In this document: positions 36,805 through 50,988 of the stretch, piece after piece
Layout: each line of letters opens with the position of its first letter
Position numbering within the stretch: the stretch's first letter is position 1
Assembly: GCF_036486225.1 (NCBI RefSeq)
Contig: NZ_DASVNZ010000136.1
Coordinates: 11,124-75,123 of the forward strand
DNA from: Roseateles sp.
Lineage (GTDB): Bacteria > Pseudomonadota > Gammaproteobacteria > Burkholderiales > Burkholderiaceae_C
DNA: 64,000 bases
Direction of reading: 5' to 3'
The notes under the pieces: model-generated
Seen by the model: the letters and a program-made list of their open reading frames with translations, nothing else
Database searches by the model: none
Told to the model about the DNA's origin: nothing
Position numbers and translations under genes: made by a program

Positions 36805-36932
36805 GAGCGGCCTCCGCGCCGATGACCGCGGTCAACCAGGGCGCCGAACAACATGGGTGCCGCGCCCGCGGCGATGGCGGGGCGAGTCAGCCAGGAGGCG
36901 ATCAGGCGGATCAGGAGAAAGGGGCGTGTCAT
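36801..36932 (-). CDS. hypothetical small protein (43 aa)
   Basis: Tail of track ORF 36801..37163 from MTRPFLLIRLIASWLTRPAIAAGAAPMLFGA... GGAG 7 nt upstream of the ATG at 36932. Confidence 0.3.
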   Translation of the reverse strand: MTRPFLLIRLIASWLTRPAIAAGAAPMLFGALVDRGHRRGGRS

Positions 36933-37074
36933 CAAGGAACTCCGAGGGTCAGGCTTCGACGTGAAGCGAAGCACCGATGGTCGGAATTCCTCGAGCAATG
37001 GCCTATGGCCTTCTCTGGTGGCGCATGACAACCAACTAGCAGATTGAAGTGGGTCGACCTGCTGGAATGCGTGG

Positions 37075-37554
37075 TCAGGCCAAGCCGGCCTTGTCCAGTC
37101 CGAAGGCCTTGTCCTGCGAACCGGGCACGCTCTGGAACGCGACGTTGAGCCGGTTCCAGGCATTGATCGACGACACCAGCCAGGTCAGGTCGGACAATTC
37201 CTTCTCGTTGAACTGCTCGCGGACTTCGGCATAGACCGCGTCGGAAACACCCGTTTCAGGGATGCGCGTGAGCGACTCGGTCCACAGCAGCGCGGCGCGT
37301 TCCCGGGCGGAGAACAGCGGGGATTCGCGCCAGATCGCGATGTGGTGCAGTCGCAGCGGGCGTTCGCCGCCGATGACGGCCTGCTTGACGTGCATGTCCA
37401 GGCAGAACGCGCAGCCGTTGAGCTGCGAGGCGCGGATCTCGACCAGGACCTGCAGGCCGTGCTCGAGGCCGCTCTCCTTCAAGGCCATGGACAGCTCGAC
37501 CAGCTTCTTGAAGGCGGCGGGAGACTGTTGCATGTAGTTCAGACGTTGGCTCAT
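37075..37554 (-). CDS. carboxymuconolactone decarboxylase / AhpD-like family protein
   Basis: Trimmed to MSQRLNYMQQSP.. at 37554. RASQLNGCAFCLDMH CxxC motif typical of AhpD-like proteins. Confidence 0.8.
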   Translation of the reverse strand: MSQRLNYMQQSPAAFKKLVELSMALKESGLEHGLQVLVEIRASQLNGCAFCLDMHVKQAVIGGERPLRLHHIAIWRESPLFSARERAALLWTESLTRIPETGVSDAVYAEVREQFNEKELSDLTWLVSSINAWNRLNVAFQSVPGSQDKAFGLDKAGLA

Positions 37555-37692
37555 GGTGGGCTCCGTGATGAGGGAAAGAAAATGAAGGGGGCGTATCCAC
37601 AAGACGAGGCAGCCTCCGCACTTGTGACATCGCCCTGCGCCCAAGCCGGCGGGCCGCCTCGCTAAACTGGCCGGCGCCCGCCCAAGAAGGCC

Positions 37693-39000
37693 TTGAACAC
37701 TTCCCGCGCCGTGACCGCACCTTCCTCACCGACTTCCCCCGCTTCCGGCACCGCGCCGGCCCCCAGGACCAGCGTCTTCCGCCATCCCGGCTTCACGGCG
37801 TTCCTGATCTGCCGCCTGGCGGCAGTCTTCGCCGGGCAGATCCAGGCGGTGGTCGTGGCCTGGCAGGTCTATGACCTGACCCGCGAGCCGCTGGCACTGG
37901 CCTACGTCGGCCTGGCGCAGTTCATCCCGATGCTGCTGCTCCTGCTGCCGGCCGGCGACCTGATCGACCGCTTCAGCCGCAAGCCGATCCTGGCGATCAG
38001 CTGGGCCGTGAGCGCGGGCTGCAGCCTGGCGCTGTGGTGGCTGTCGGGTCACGGCCACGCGGGCGTGACCGGGATCTACGCCGTGCTGGTGGTCTTCGGA
38101 TGCTCGCGCGCGTTTTCCGGACCGGCGTTGCAGAGCCTGCTGCCGCAGATCGTGCCGCGCGAACAACTGGCCCAGGCGATTGCCGCCAACAGCATGCTGC
38201 TGCGCGTGGCCAGCATCGGCGGCCCGTTCCTGGGCGGGCTGCTGTACGGTTTTGGGGGATCGGGCCTGACCTACCTCGTCTGCCTGGCCTGTTTCGCGTT
38301 GGGCACCGCACTGCTGGTCGGCGCCGTGCCGGTGCGTTTCGCCGCGCCGCCTTCGCCCGCGGGCGGGAACATCTGGCAGCGTTTCGGCGCAGGCATCCAC
38401 TTCATCCGGTCGCGGCCCATCATCCTCGGCACGATCTCGCTGGACCTGTTCGCGGTGCTGCTGGGCGGGGTCGTTGCGCTGCTGCCGATCTACGCCCATG
38501 AGGTGCTGCACGCCGGCCCGGAGGGGCTGGGCGCGTTGCGCAGCGCCATGGCCGTCGGCGAGGTCACCGCCGGCTTCTATCTGAGCCTGCGGCCGTTCAA
38601 CCGGCATGTCGGCAAGGCGATGTTCGCGGCGGTGGCGGTGTTCGGCCTCGCCAATCTGGTGTTCTCGCTGTCGACGACCTTCTGGCTGTCATTCGCGGCG
38701 CTGGCCATCGCCGGCGCGGCGGACATGGTCAGCGTCTACATCCGCGGTGCGCTGGTGCAGTTCTCGACGCCCGATGAGATGCGCGGCCGCGTCAACGCGG
38801 TGAACATGCTTTTCATCGGATCGTCCAACGAACTGGGCGAGTTCCGCGCCGGCAGTGCCGCCGCAGCGCTGGGCGCGGTTCCCGCGGCCGTGACGGGCGC
38901 GGTGTGCACGCTGGGTGTCGTCGCAGCCTGGGCGGCCTTGTTCAAGCCGCTGCGCACGGTCGACCGCTTCGAGGAAGCGACGCCGGCCGTCACGCGCTGA
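37693..39000 (+). CDS. MFS transporter (EntS/MFS_3-like)
   Basis: 435 aa, about 12 hydrophobic segments. FRHPGF..FLICRL..AGDLIDRFSRK motif. The start codon is uncertain (TTG at 37693). Confidence 0.8.
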   Translation: MNTSRAVTAPSSPTSPASGTAPAPRTSVFRHPGFTAFLICRLAAVFAGQIQAVVVAWQVYDLTREPLALAYVGLAQFIPMLLLLLPAGDLIDRFSRKPILAISWAVSAGCSLALWWLSGHGHAGVTGIYAVLVVFGCSRAFSGPALQSLLPQIVPREQLAQAIAANSMLLRVASIGGPFLGGLLYGFGGSGLTYLVCLACFALGTALLVGAVPVRFAAPPSPAGGNIWQRFGAGIHFIRSRPIILGTISLDLFAVLLGGVVALLPIYAHEVLHAGPEGLGALRSAMAVGEVTAGFYLSLRPFNRHVGKAMFAAVAVFGLANLVFSLSTTFWLSFAALAIAGAADMVSVYIRGALVQFSTPDEMRGRVNAVNMLFIGSSNELGEFRAGSAAAALGAVPAAVTGAVCTLGVVAAWAALFKPLRTVDRFEEATPAVTR

Positions 39001-39014
39001 TCCCTCGATCTCCC

Positions 39015-39052
39015 AAAAAAGAGCCGCACCGGCCGAGGAGGCGCAGTGCGGC
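39015..39052 (-). terminator. probable rho-independent terminator (minus strand)
   Basis: Minus-strand GCCGCAC-16 nt-GTGCGGC followed by TCTTTTTTGGG. Lies downstream of the 73-aa gene. Confidence 0.45.
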
Positions 39053-39157
39053 AACAGGGAGGATGCAGGGAAGCTCTGGCAAGCGGCGAACCTGCCTCGC
39101 GCCAGAACGTCGGCAGCGTCTGCCGCCCGGTCGTCGTGGCGGGATCGTTGTGGCAGG

Positions 39158-39379
39158 TCAGTGGTTGTTGCGACCGCGCACGGCGGGCGGCAGGTAGTCC
39201 TTGCCGACCATGGCCCGGGCGAAAAGATAGTTGTTGCGCGCCCGGGCAGGCAGGCTGTCCAGGTCGACGTGGCCTTGCGGGTCGCAAGGGAAGGACATCG
39301 CCCGACCTGCGTCGAAGATGGATTCGAAGCGGATCTCGAACTGGGACGCAGCGGCGTCGGCGGCAATCTGGAGGCTCAT
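39158..39379 (-). CDS. hypothetical protein (73 aa)
   Basis: Trimmed to MSLQIAADAAAS.. at 39379, with AGGAG 7 nt upstream. No family recognised. Confidence 0.5.
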   Translation of the reverse strand: MSLQIAADAAASQFEIRFESIFDAGRAMSFPCDPQGHVDLDSLPARARNNYLFARAMVGKDYLPPAVRGRNNH

Positions 39380-39716
39380 TTGGGTTCTCCTGCTGAGTTC
39401 CTTTGCTTTCACTATCGGCGCTGGGACTATCGCTTCCCATCAGTGCAGCGCGGTGCGCGGTGTCGGCGCGGGGAGGTGGCCTGTGTCCGACGACGTCCTA
39501 CAGCTTGTGGGTACAACGGAAGTGCGTTGGCGAACGTTGACGGTGCGGCCGTCTGTCGCCCGGGACTTCACACAGATTTGCAGTCCTGTTTCGCACACCG
39601 ACCTGGATGTGGGAGAGCGCCTACAGCGCGTTGCGGTGGCCGCCGCTTCGCCGCTGGGGCGGCGACAGCGAGGATGCAGGCATCGCAACCCGGTTCCGCG
39701 CCGGTTCGAGGCCGCC

Positions 39717-39839
39717 ATGGACGACAACATGCTCATGCTGATGACGCTGTCCACCTGCACCGCCACCGCGTTGGCGCTGCGGATGTGGCAGTGGCTTGAC
39801 GAACTCGCGCGGGACGACTCCCAGGAGGATTTCCCATGA
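39717..39839 (+). CDS. candidate 40-aa hydrophobic peptide translationally coupled to the next gene
   Basis: MDDNMLMLMTLSTCTATALALRMWQWLDELARDDSQEDFP. GAGG 6 nt upstream. Its stop overlaps the ATG at 39836 (ATGA). Confidence 0.3.
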   Translation: MDDNMLMLMTLSTCTATALALRMWQWLDELARDDSQEDFP

Positions 39840-40228
39840 GCGCCCGACCCCCTCTGCCGCCCGAGCATCCCGCCGACGCTTCCACGGTCGATCCTTCCGT
39901 CGAACGCCAGGCCAGCGAAGACCAGCCGCTGAGCCAGTCCGCCTTCATCTGCGGCGAAGTGACCTACCGCACCGGTGACGGTCCGATGATGGTCATCCGG
40001 CCCGGCACCGTGCAGGTGGAGATCAACGAGCACGACGTGACGCTGGGGTGGGAGGAGGGCGACTCGCGCATGAGCGCCCTGATGCCTCGCAGCGAGTACG
40101 CGCGCTTCATCGGCACCGGCGCGATCAAGCCCGTGGTGACGCACCGGCCGGACGAGGCCGGCGGCGCCGAAGGCACTGTCCGCGCGCAACCTGAGCTGGA
40201 CAAGGCTCAGGGCAAGTCCGGGCACTGA
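39836..40228 (+). CDS. hypothetical protein (130 aa)
   Basis: ORF with G/C-rich third positions. AGGAGG lies 11 nt upstream, inside the small ORF. No family recognised. Confidence 0.5.
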   Translation: MSARPPLPPEHPADASTVDPSVERQASEDQPLSQSAFICGEVTYRTGDGPMMVIRPGTVQVEINEHDVTLGWEEGDSRMSALMPRSEYARFIGTGAIKPVVTHRPDEAGGAEGTVRAQPELDKAQGKSGH

Positions 40229-40285
40229 ACTGGACAACCAGCCGGGCATGGCGCCCGGCACCGTGCGCAGCTTGGAGTGCCAATG

Positions 40286-40320
40286 AAAAACGCCTCGGTA
40301 TACCGAGGCGTTGTCGTTTG
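40286..40320. terminator. bidirectional rho-independent terminator
   Basis: AAAAACGCCTCGG-TATA-CCGAGGCGTTGTCGTTT between convergent genes. Confidence 0.7.
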
Positions 40321-40335
40321 GGTCGACGCGAGGCG

Positions 40336-41031
40336 TCAGTCGCGATCGCCGCCGAAGATGCCCAGCAGTTGCAGCAGCGCGGTGAACACGTTGTACAGGT
40401 CCAGGTAGATGTTGAGCGTCGCGCTGATGTAGTTGGTCTCGCCGCCGTCGATGACGCGCTTGACGTCGACCAGCATGAAGGCCGAGAAGATGCCCAGCAC
40501 GGCGACCAGCAGCGCCAGGTGCACGCCGGTGGACTGCAGGAAGACGTTGGCGATGCCGGCGATCATGGCGATCACGGCGCCGACGAACAGGAACTTCTGC
40601 AGGCCGGAGAGGTCGCGCTTGACCACGGTGGCCAGCGAGGCCATCGCGAAGAAGATCCCGGCGGTGCCGCCGAAGGCCGTCATGATCAGCGTGCCGCCGT
40701 TCTTGAAGCCCAGGATCGCCGCCAGCAGGCGCGACAGCATCAGGCCCATGAAGAAGGTGAAGGCCAGCAGCGAGGCGACACCCGCGGCGGAGTTCTTGGT
40801 CTTCTCCACCAGGAACATCAGGCCGAACGCGCCGACGAAGAACAGGATCATGCTCGCGCCGTTGCCCATGGCGGCGAGGATGCCGGTGCTCACGCCGATC
40901 CAGGCGCCGAGCACGGTGGGGATCAGCGACAGCGCCAGCAGCGCGTAGGTGTTGCGCAGGACGCGCTGGCGGTCGGCGGACAGCGACGAGCCGAAGCCGC
41001 CGGTGTTGAGGTCGATGATGCGGTCGTTCAT
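40336..41031 (-). CDS. Bax inhibitor-1/YccA family membrane protein
   Basis: Trimmed to MNDRIIDL.. at 41031. Seven hydrophobic segments and the C-terminal YLDLYNVFTALLQLLG pattern. Confidence 0.85.
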   Translation of the reverse strand: MNDRIIDLNTGGFGSSLSADRQRVLRNTYALLALSLIPTVLGAWIGVSTGILAAMGNGASMILFFVGAFGLMFLVEKTKNSAAGVASLLAFTFFMGLMLSRLLAAILGFKNGGTLIMTAFGGTAGIFFAMASLATVVKRDLSGLQKFLFVGAVIAMIAGIANVFLQSTGVHLALLVAVLGIFSAFMLVDVKRVIDGGETNYISATLNIYLDLYNVFTALLQLLGIFGGDRD

Positions 41032-41136
41032 GTGCGTGCGCCCCATGAAGTGAGTGTTGCTGTCGATTGTAGGCACGGGTCTTAAGGCTTCGTTAAAGTG
41101 ATCGTCTTTCCTTCAATGATCCCGACGAGGCCGCAG

Positions 41137-41538
41137 ATGAAACAGAAGCCCTTCCTGACCCTGGACGACGTCAAGCGCATCGCCGCCGCCGCGGAAGCGG
41201 AAGCGCTCAAGAACAACTGGGCCGTGACCATCGCGATCGTCGACGACGGCGGTCATCTGCTGTGGTTGCAACGCCTGGACAACGCCGCCGCCACGTCGGC
41301 CGTGATCGCGCCGGCGAAAGCCAGGACGTCCGCGCTCGGACGCCGCGAATCCAAGGTCTATGAGGACATCGTCAACAACGGCCGCAACGCGTTCCTGAGC
41401 GTGCCGCTGGAAGGGATGCTGGAAGGTGGCGTGCCTGTGCTGGTCGAAGGCTTCTGCGTCGGCGCGGTCGGCGTCAGCGGCGTGAAGTCGAATGAAGACG
41501 CGCAAGTCGCCAAGGCAGGCATCGCCGCCCTGGGTTGA
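41137..41538 (+). CDS. GlcG/HbpS-like heme-binding protein (DUF336)
   Basis: Trimmed to MKQKPFLTLDD.. at 41137, with GAGG 6 nt upstream. AVTIAIVDDGGHLL and GGVPV..G..VGAVGVSG motifs. Confidence 0.75.
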   Translation: MKQKPFLTLDDVKRIAAAAEAEALKNNWAVTIAIVDDGGHLLWLQRLDNAAATSAVIAPAKARTSALGRRESKVYEDIVNNGRNAFLSVPLEGMLEGGVPVLVEGFCVGAVGVSGVKSNEDAQVAKAGIAALG

Positions 41539-41976
41539 GCCCACGAGGTCCGCGGTCGATCGGGGACGGCAAGGCGCGAGGTTTCGGCGCTTGACGCAGG
41601 GGGAGAGGCGGACCGAGTTCAGTCCAGTGGACTGAACGACGCCGACGAGCGCTGGAGGACCGGAGGTCTGACAGCCTTGCGCCTTGGCGGCCAAGCGCGC
41701 CGGAGCGTGCAGTCAAGGGCTGCCGACCATGTCCTCCTGATGACCCGTTTGCGCAAATCTTCTCCGTGAATACCCCGACGGGTTATACTCGTCAGGTTTA
41801 CCCGCAACCTACCGCGTCCCGCAAACTTCACCCCCGATCGCATCGGATCCCACTCGGATCGACTCCCTCACAGGAGACCCGGTCGCACCCGCGCGCCAGC
41901 CGTCCATGGCGCGTGCCGGCGGCGAATCCAGGGCCCTGAAGCAGAGCCGGGCGCGCGCACAACAACGGAGTTTCCC

Positions 41977-43137
<1,161 letters not shown>

Positions 43138-43155
43138 TGAAGAGGGAGACGACTC

Positions 43156-46422
<3,267 letters not shown>

Positions 46423-46438
46423 ACTGCCTCATCCCATT

Positions 46439-46488
46439 CCGCCGCCGCTGCTCAGCGATCCTGAGCGGCAGCGGCGGTTTGTTTTGTT
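46439..46488 (+). terminator. rho-independent terminator after carB
   Basis: CCGCCGCCGCTGCTCAG-CGATC-CTGAGCGGCAGCGGCGG (small bulges) followed by TTTGTTTTGTT. Confidence 0.75.
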
Positions 46489-46506
46489 ACTCAAGGTTCT
46501 AGAGAC

Positions 46507-46986
46507 ATGGCCACGACGATTCCATTGACCAAGCGCGGCGCTGAGAAGCTCAAGGAAGAACTGCATCGGCTGAAGACGGTCGAGCGGCATGCCGTGATCA
46601 ACGCGATCTCGGAAGCCCGTGCGCAAGGCGACCTGTCGGAGAACGCCGAGTACGAGGCCGCCAAGGACAAGCAGGGCTTCATCGAAGGTCGCATCCTGGA
46701 GATCGAAGGCAAGCTGTCGTCGGCGCAGGTGATCGATCCGTCGTCGGTGAACGCCGGCGGCAAGGTGGTGTTCGGCACGACGGTCGACCTCGAAGAGGAA
46801 GAGTCCGGCAACGAGGTCACGTACCAGATCGTCGGCGACGACGAGGCCGACCTGAAGCAGGGGCTGATCTCGATCAGTTCGCCGATTGCCCGCGCACTGA
46901 TCGGCAAGGAAGCCGGCGACGTCGCCGAAGTCGTGGCGCCCGGCGGCATCAAGCGCTACGAGATCGTCGACGTCCGCTACATCTGA
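46507..46986 (+). CDS. greA: transcription elongation factor GreA
   Basis: 159 aa. PLTKRGAEKLKEEL..ISEARAQGDLSENAEYEAAK. Confidence 0.95.
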   Translation: MATTIPLTKRGAEKLKEELHRLKTVERHAVINAISEARAQGDLSENAEYEAAKDKQGFIEGRILEIEGKLSSAQVIDPSSVNAGGKVVFGTTVDLEEEESGNEVTYQIVGDDEADLKQGLISISSPIARALIGKEAGDVAEVVAPGGIKRYEIVDVRYI

Positions 46987-46997
46987 GACATCGGGCG

Positions 46998-47435
46998 ATG
47001 CTGCTGCGACTCCGTGCGCTGCTGGCCGCGCTGTGGGCTGGCGAGCTGTTGGCGGTGGCGCTGCTCGCGGCGCCGAACGCGTTCGCGACCCTTGAGCGTG
47101 CGGTCGCCGGCAAGTACGTGGCGCGGCTGTTCGAGATGGATGCCCGCTTCGCGCTGGCGGCCGGCGTGCTGCTGATCCTGATGGAGCGTCGCCTGCACCG
47201 TGACGGCGTGGTGCGCGGTTCGGCGATGAGCGCGGACTTCTGGCTGCCGCTGGTAGCCATCGGATGCACCGCCGCCGGGTTCTATGCGCTGCAGCCGTTG
47301 ATGGAAGCCGCTCGGCAAGGGCAGGGGAGCTGGACTTTCCTGCAACTGCATGCGGTGTCGCTGGCGCTTTTCGGCCTGAGAACCGTCGCCGTGCTGGTGT
47401 TGGCCTGGCGGGTGAGCGGGTCGGCCTCCCGCTGA
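46998..47435 (+). CDS. DUF4149 domain membrane protein
   Basis: 145 aa with four hydrophobic segments. Sits in the conserved position after greA. Confidence 0.65.
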   Translation: MLLRLRALLAALWAGELLAVALLAAPNAFATLERAVAGKYVARLFEMDARFALAAGVLLILMERRLHRDGVVRGSAMSADFWLPLVAIGCTAAGFYALQPLMEAARQGQGSWTFLQLHAVSLALFGLRTVAVLVLAWRVSGSASR

Positions 47436-47456
47436 CCGAGGGAAACCAGAAAAAGA

Positions 47457-47478
47457 AAGACGGCCCGCGGGCCGTCTT
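47457..47478. terminator. bidirectional terminator hairpin
   Basis: AAGACGGCCC-GC-GGGCCGTCTT, flanked by an A-rich run upstream and T-rich sequence downstream, between convergent genes. Confidence 0.65.
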
Positions 47479-47517
47479 GTCGTTGAAGCTGAAACTGAAG
47501 AACTGGCGTCCGTCGCC

Positions 47518-47997
47518 TCAGCCTTGGCTGGACTTCTTCACGCTGGTCTGGCGCGGCTTCTTGGCGCGCTTGACCTCACCGCCATAGGTGACGCGCTGGT
47601 TGCCCAGCACCGTGACCTTCTTGATCTGCGGGCGGTTGTTGCCGCTCTTCGAGAACTTCACGATCTTCACGATCTTGGGTGCCGAGCGGGCGTCGTCCTT
47701 CGGAGCGGCCCTTTCCTTCTCGGGCATCGGGCGCCACAGGATGAGCAGCTTGCCGATGTGCTGGATGGGGGCGGCGTCCAGCTCCTCGGCCAGCGTGGCG
47801 AGGATGGCCTCGCGGCCGTCGCGGTCGTCGGACATGACGCGCACCTTGATCAGTCCGTGGGACTTGAGCGCGAGGTCGACCTCCTTGGTGACGGCGGCCG
47901 TCAGGCCATCGCCGCCTATCATCACCACAGGATCCAGGTGATGAGCGTCGGCGCGTTTTTCCTTGCGCTGGGCAGGGGTCAATTGAATAGCAGGCAT
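47518..47997 (-). CDS. yhbY: ribosome assembly RNA-binding protein YhbY (CRM domain) with Lys-rich C-terminal tail
   Basis: C-terminal part of spurious 1499-aa track ORF, trimmed to [33 protein letters not shown].. at 47997. The CRM core ends near ..[10 protein letters not shown], and about 64 more residues follow. Confidence 0.8.
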   Translation of the reverse strand: MPAIQLTPAQRKEKRADAHHLDPVVMIGGDGLTAAVTKEVDLALKSHGLIKVRVMSDDRDGREAILATLAEELDAAPIQHIGKLLILWRPMPEKERAAPKDDARSAPKIVKIVKFSKSGNNRPQIKKVTVLGNQRVTYGGEVKRAKKPRQTSVKKSSQG

Positions 47998-48015
47998 CTG
48001 CTTATTATCAGTGCA

Positions 48016-48690
48016 ATGAAAGTCGATACCAAAAGCAAGAAGCTGAACAAGGCGTGGTTGAACAACCACGTCAACGACACCTACGTCAAATTGGCCCAGA
48101 AAGAGGGCTATCGCTCCCGCGCGGCCTACAAGCTCAAGGAGATCGACGAGGAGTTCCAGCTCATCCGCCCGGGGCAGCTGGTGGTTGATCTCGGCGCCTG
48201 CCCGGGAGCCTGGAGCCAGTACCTGCGCCGCCGTTTCGCGCCCAAGGAGGCGGGCGCGGGTGGTGCTGCGGTGGGCGAACTGAACGGTCGCATCATCGCG
48301 CTCGACCTGCTGGACTTCGAGCCGATCGAGGGCGTGGAGTTCCTCCAGGGGGATTTCCGCGAAGACGAGGTGCTGGCCAAGCTCGAATCCATGCTCGACG
48401 GCCGCAAGGTGGATGTTGTCGTTTCGGACATGGCCCCCAACCTGTCGGGCATCGAGAGCACCGACGCCGCCCGAATGGAGCATCTGATCGAACTCGCGCT
48501 GGAGTTTTCCCAACAACACCTGAAGCCGGAAGGCGCGCTGGTTGCCAAGGTGTTCCACGGCAGCGGGTACGACCAGCTGGTGCATGCCTTCCGTGCCAAG
48601 TTCAAGCGGGTGAAGACTGCCAAGCCGAAGGCGTCGCGGGAGAGATCGGCGGAGAACTTCCTCGTCGGCATCGGGCTGAAGACCCGATGA
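48016..48690 (+). CDS. rlmE: 23S rRNA (uridine2552-2'-O)-methyltransferase RlmE/FtsJ
   Basis: Trimmed to ATG at 48016 ([21 protein letters not shown]..). [16 protein letters not shown] motif. [11 protein letters not shown]. Confidence 0.9.
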   Translation: MKVDTKSKKLNKAWLNNHVNDTYVKLAQKEGYRSRAAYKLKEIDEEFQLIRPGQLVVDLGACPGAWSQYLRRRFAPKEAGAGGAAVGELNGRIIALDLLDFEPIEGVEFLQGDFREDEVLAKLESMLDGRKVDVVVSDMAPNLSGIESTDAARMEHLIELALEFSQQHLKPEGALVAKVFHGSGYDQLVHAFRAKFKRVKTAKPKASRERSAENFLVGIGLKTR

Positions 48691-48879
48691 GGCGTCAAAG
48701 TCAGGGGTGCTTCGACCGGTCGACCGGCGGGGCGCGTGGCAATATCTATCGAGGTGTATGGGAATGCCAATCAGGTCTGGGGACTTGACTGGCCTAGAAT
48801 CCGCCCCATATGCCGTGAAAGTCCGCTGCCTGAGGCTGTATTCATGGGCGTGCGGTGATGGAATGACAAAGGAGTCGCG

Positions 48880-50784
48880 GTGAACAATCAGTGGTTCTCG
48901 AAAGTGGCTGTATGGATGGTGATCGCCTTGGTGCTGTTCACTGTCTTCAAGCAGTTCGATCGCAGCGCAACCCAGGGGAATCCGATCGTCTACTCTGACT
49001 TCCTCGATGAAGTCCGTGCAAAACGCATCAAGCAGGTCACGCTGCAGGAAACCCAGGCGGGGACGGAAATCGTGGCGCAGACCAGCGATGGCAACAAGCT
49101 GCGCACGACCGCCCCGTACATGGATCGCGGCCTGATCGGTGACCTGATCAACAACGGCGTCAAGTTCGACGCCAAGCCGCGGGAAGAGCCCTCGGTGCTG
49201 ATGAACATCCTGCTGAGCTGGGGCCCGATGCTCCTGCTGATCGCCGTGTGGGTGTACTTCATGCGCCAGATGCAGGGCGGCGGCAAAGGCGGCGCGTTCA
49301 GCTTCGGCAAGTCGAAGGCGCGCATGCTCGACGAGGCCAACAACACCACCACCTTCGCCGACGTCGCCGGATGCGACGAGGCCAAGGAGGAGGTGAAGGA
49401 GCTCGTCGACTTCCTGAAGGACCCGCAGAAGTTCCAGAAGCTGGGCGGTCGCATCCCGCGCGGTGTGCTGCTGGTCGGCCCTCCGGGGACCGGCAAGACG
49501 CTGCTGGCCAAGGCCATCGCCGGTGAGGCGAAGGTCCCGTTCTTCACGATCTCCGGCTCCGACTTCGTCGAGATGTTCGTCGGCGTGGGCGCGGCCCGCG
49601 TGCGCGACATGTTCGAGCAGGCGAAGAAGAGCGCGCCCTGCATCATCTTCGTCGATGAAATCGACGCGGTCGGTCGCCATCGCGGCGCCGGTCTGGGCGG
49701 CGGCAACGACGAGCGCGAGCAGACCCTCAACCAGATGCTGGTCGAGATGGACGGCTTCGACACCAACCTCGGCGTCATCGTGATGGCCGCGACCAACCGT
49801 CCGGACATCCTGGATCCGGCGCTGCTGCGTCCGGGTCGTTTCGACCGCCAGGTCTACGTGACGCTGCCGGACGTGCGGGGTCGCGAGCAGATCCTGAACG
49901 TGCACATGCGCAAGGTGCCGGTCGGGCAGGACGTGCGCGCCGACATCCTGGCGCGCGGCACCCCGGGCTTCTCGGGTGCCGATCTGGCCAACCTGGTCAA
50001 CGAGGCTGCGCTGTTCGCCGCCCGCCGCAGCGGCCGGGTCGTGGACATGCAGGACTTCGAGAAGGCCAAGGACAAGATCATGATGGGCCCCGAGCGGAAG
50101 TCCATGGTCATGCCCGAGGAAGAGCGCAAGAACACCGCGTACCACGAAGCCGGTCATGCGCTGGTGGCCCGCCTGCTGCCCAAGACGGACCCGGTCCACA
50201 AGGTGACGGTGATCCCGCGCGGTCGCGCGCTGGGCGTGACGATGCAGTTGCCGGAAGGCGACCGTTACAGCATGGACAAGGACCGCATGCTGTCGACGAT
50301 CTCGGTGCTCTTCGGTGGTCGGATCGCTGAAGAAGTCTTCATGAACCAGATGACGACCGGCGCCAGCAACGACTTCGAGCGTGCCACGGCCATCGCCCGC
50401 GACATGGTCACCCGCTACGGCATGACCGACGAGTTGGGCCCGATGGTCTATGCCGACAACGAAGGGGAAGTCTTCCTGGGCCGTTCGGTCACGAAGACGA
50501 CCAACATGTCGGAAGAGACCATGCGCAAGGTCGACCAGGAGATCCGCAGGATCATCGATGAGCAGTACACGACGGCCCGCGACCTGATCGAAGGCAACAA
50601 GGACAAGATGCACGCGATGGCGACGGCGCTGCTCGAATGGGAAACCATCGACGCCGAGCAGATCAACGACATCATGGAAGGTCGGCCGCCGCGTCCGCCC
50701 AAGGACTGGACGCCGCCGGCCAACAAGCCGGACAGCGGCGGCACGCCGGCCGTCAGCACGGGCAGCGCGCCGGCTGCGGCCTGA
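48880..50784 (+). CDS. ftsH: ATP-dependent zinc metalloprotease FtsH
   Basis: 634 aa, GTG start with GGAG upstream. Walker [19 protein letters not shown], and HEAGHA zinc motif. Confidence 0.97.
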   Translation: MNNQWFSKVAVWMVIALVLFTVFKQFDRSATQGNPIVYSDFLDEVRAKRIKQVTLQETQAGTEIVAQTSDGNKLRTTAPYMDRGLIGDLINNGVKFDAKPREEPSVLMNILLSWGPMLLLIAVWVYFMRQMQGGGKGGAFSFGKSKARMLDEANNTTTFADVAGCDEAKEEVKELVDFLKDPQKFQKLGGRIPRGVLLVGPPGTGKTLLAKAIAGEAKVPFFTISGSDFVEMFVGVGAARVRDMFEQAKKSAPCIIFVDEIDAVGRHRGAGLGGGNDEREQTLNQMLVEMDGFDTNLGVIVMAATNRPDILDPALLRPGRFDRQVYVTLPDVRGREQILNVHMRKVPVGQDVRADILARGTPGFSGADLANLVNEAALFAARRSGRVVDMQDFEKAKDKIMMGPERKSMVMPEEERKNTAYHEAGHALVARLLPKTDPVHKVTVIPRGRALGVTMQLPEGDRYSMDKDRMLSTISVLFGGRIAEEVFMNQMTTGASNDFERATAIARDMVTRYGMTDELGPMVYADNEGEVFLGRSVTKTTNMSEETMRKVDQEIRRIIDEQYTTARDLIEGNKDKMHAMATALLEWETIDAEQINDIMEGRPPRPPKDWTPPANKPDSGGTPAVSTGSAPAAA

Positions 50785-50831
50785 GCGACACGTCCCCATC
50801 GGGCGGCCTGTGAAGGCGCTCCACTCCCTCG

Positions 50832-50865
50832 AAAGGCCGATCTCGCGATCGGCCTTTCTGCTTTT
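50832..50865 (+). terminator. rho-independent terminator after ftsH
   Basis: AAAGGCCGATC-TCGC-GATCGGCCTTT followed by CTGCTTTT. Confidence 0.75.
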
Positions 50866-50988
50866 GGCCAAGGAGCCGGGTGACGCAGACTTCGGGGCTC
50901 TCCGGCTTGCGTCATACTTCCTATTTGGCGTGGCAGTCCCTCTTGCGCGATCTGAGCGCGTGGCCGCGCGCCGGACACTCAGCCACCC

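Noticed and set aside
39495-39625. Third and fourth copies of the CCTACAG box (GTCCTACAGCTT at 39495, GCCTACAGCG at 39618)
   Set aside because: Only the 7-nt core matches. There is no TTCATTCCAT extension and no adjacent palindrome. They are mentioned under the main finding but not called as features.
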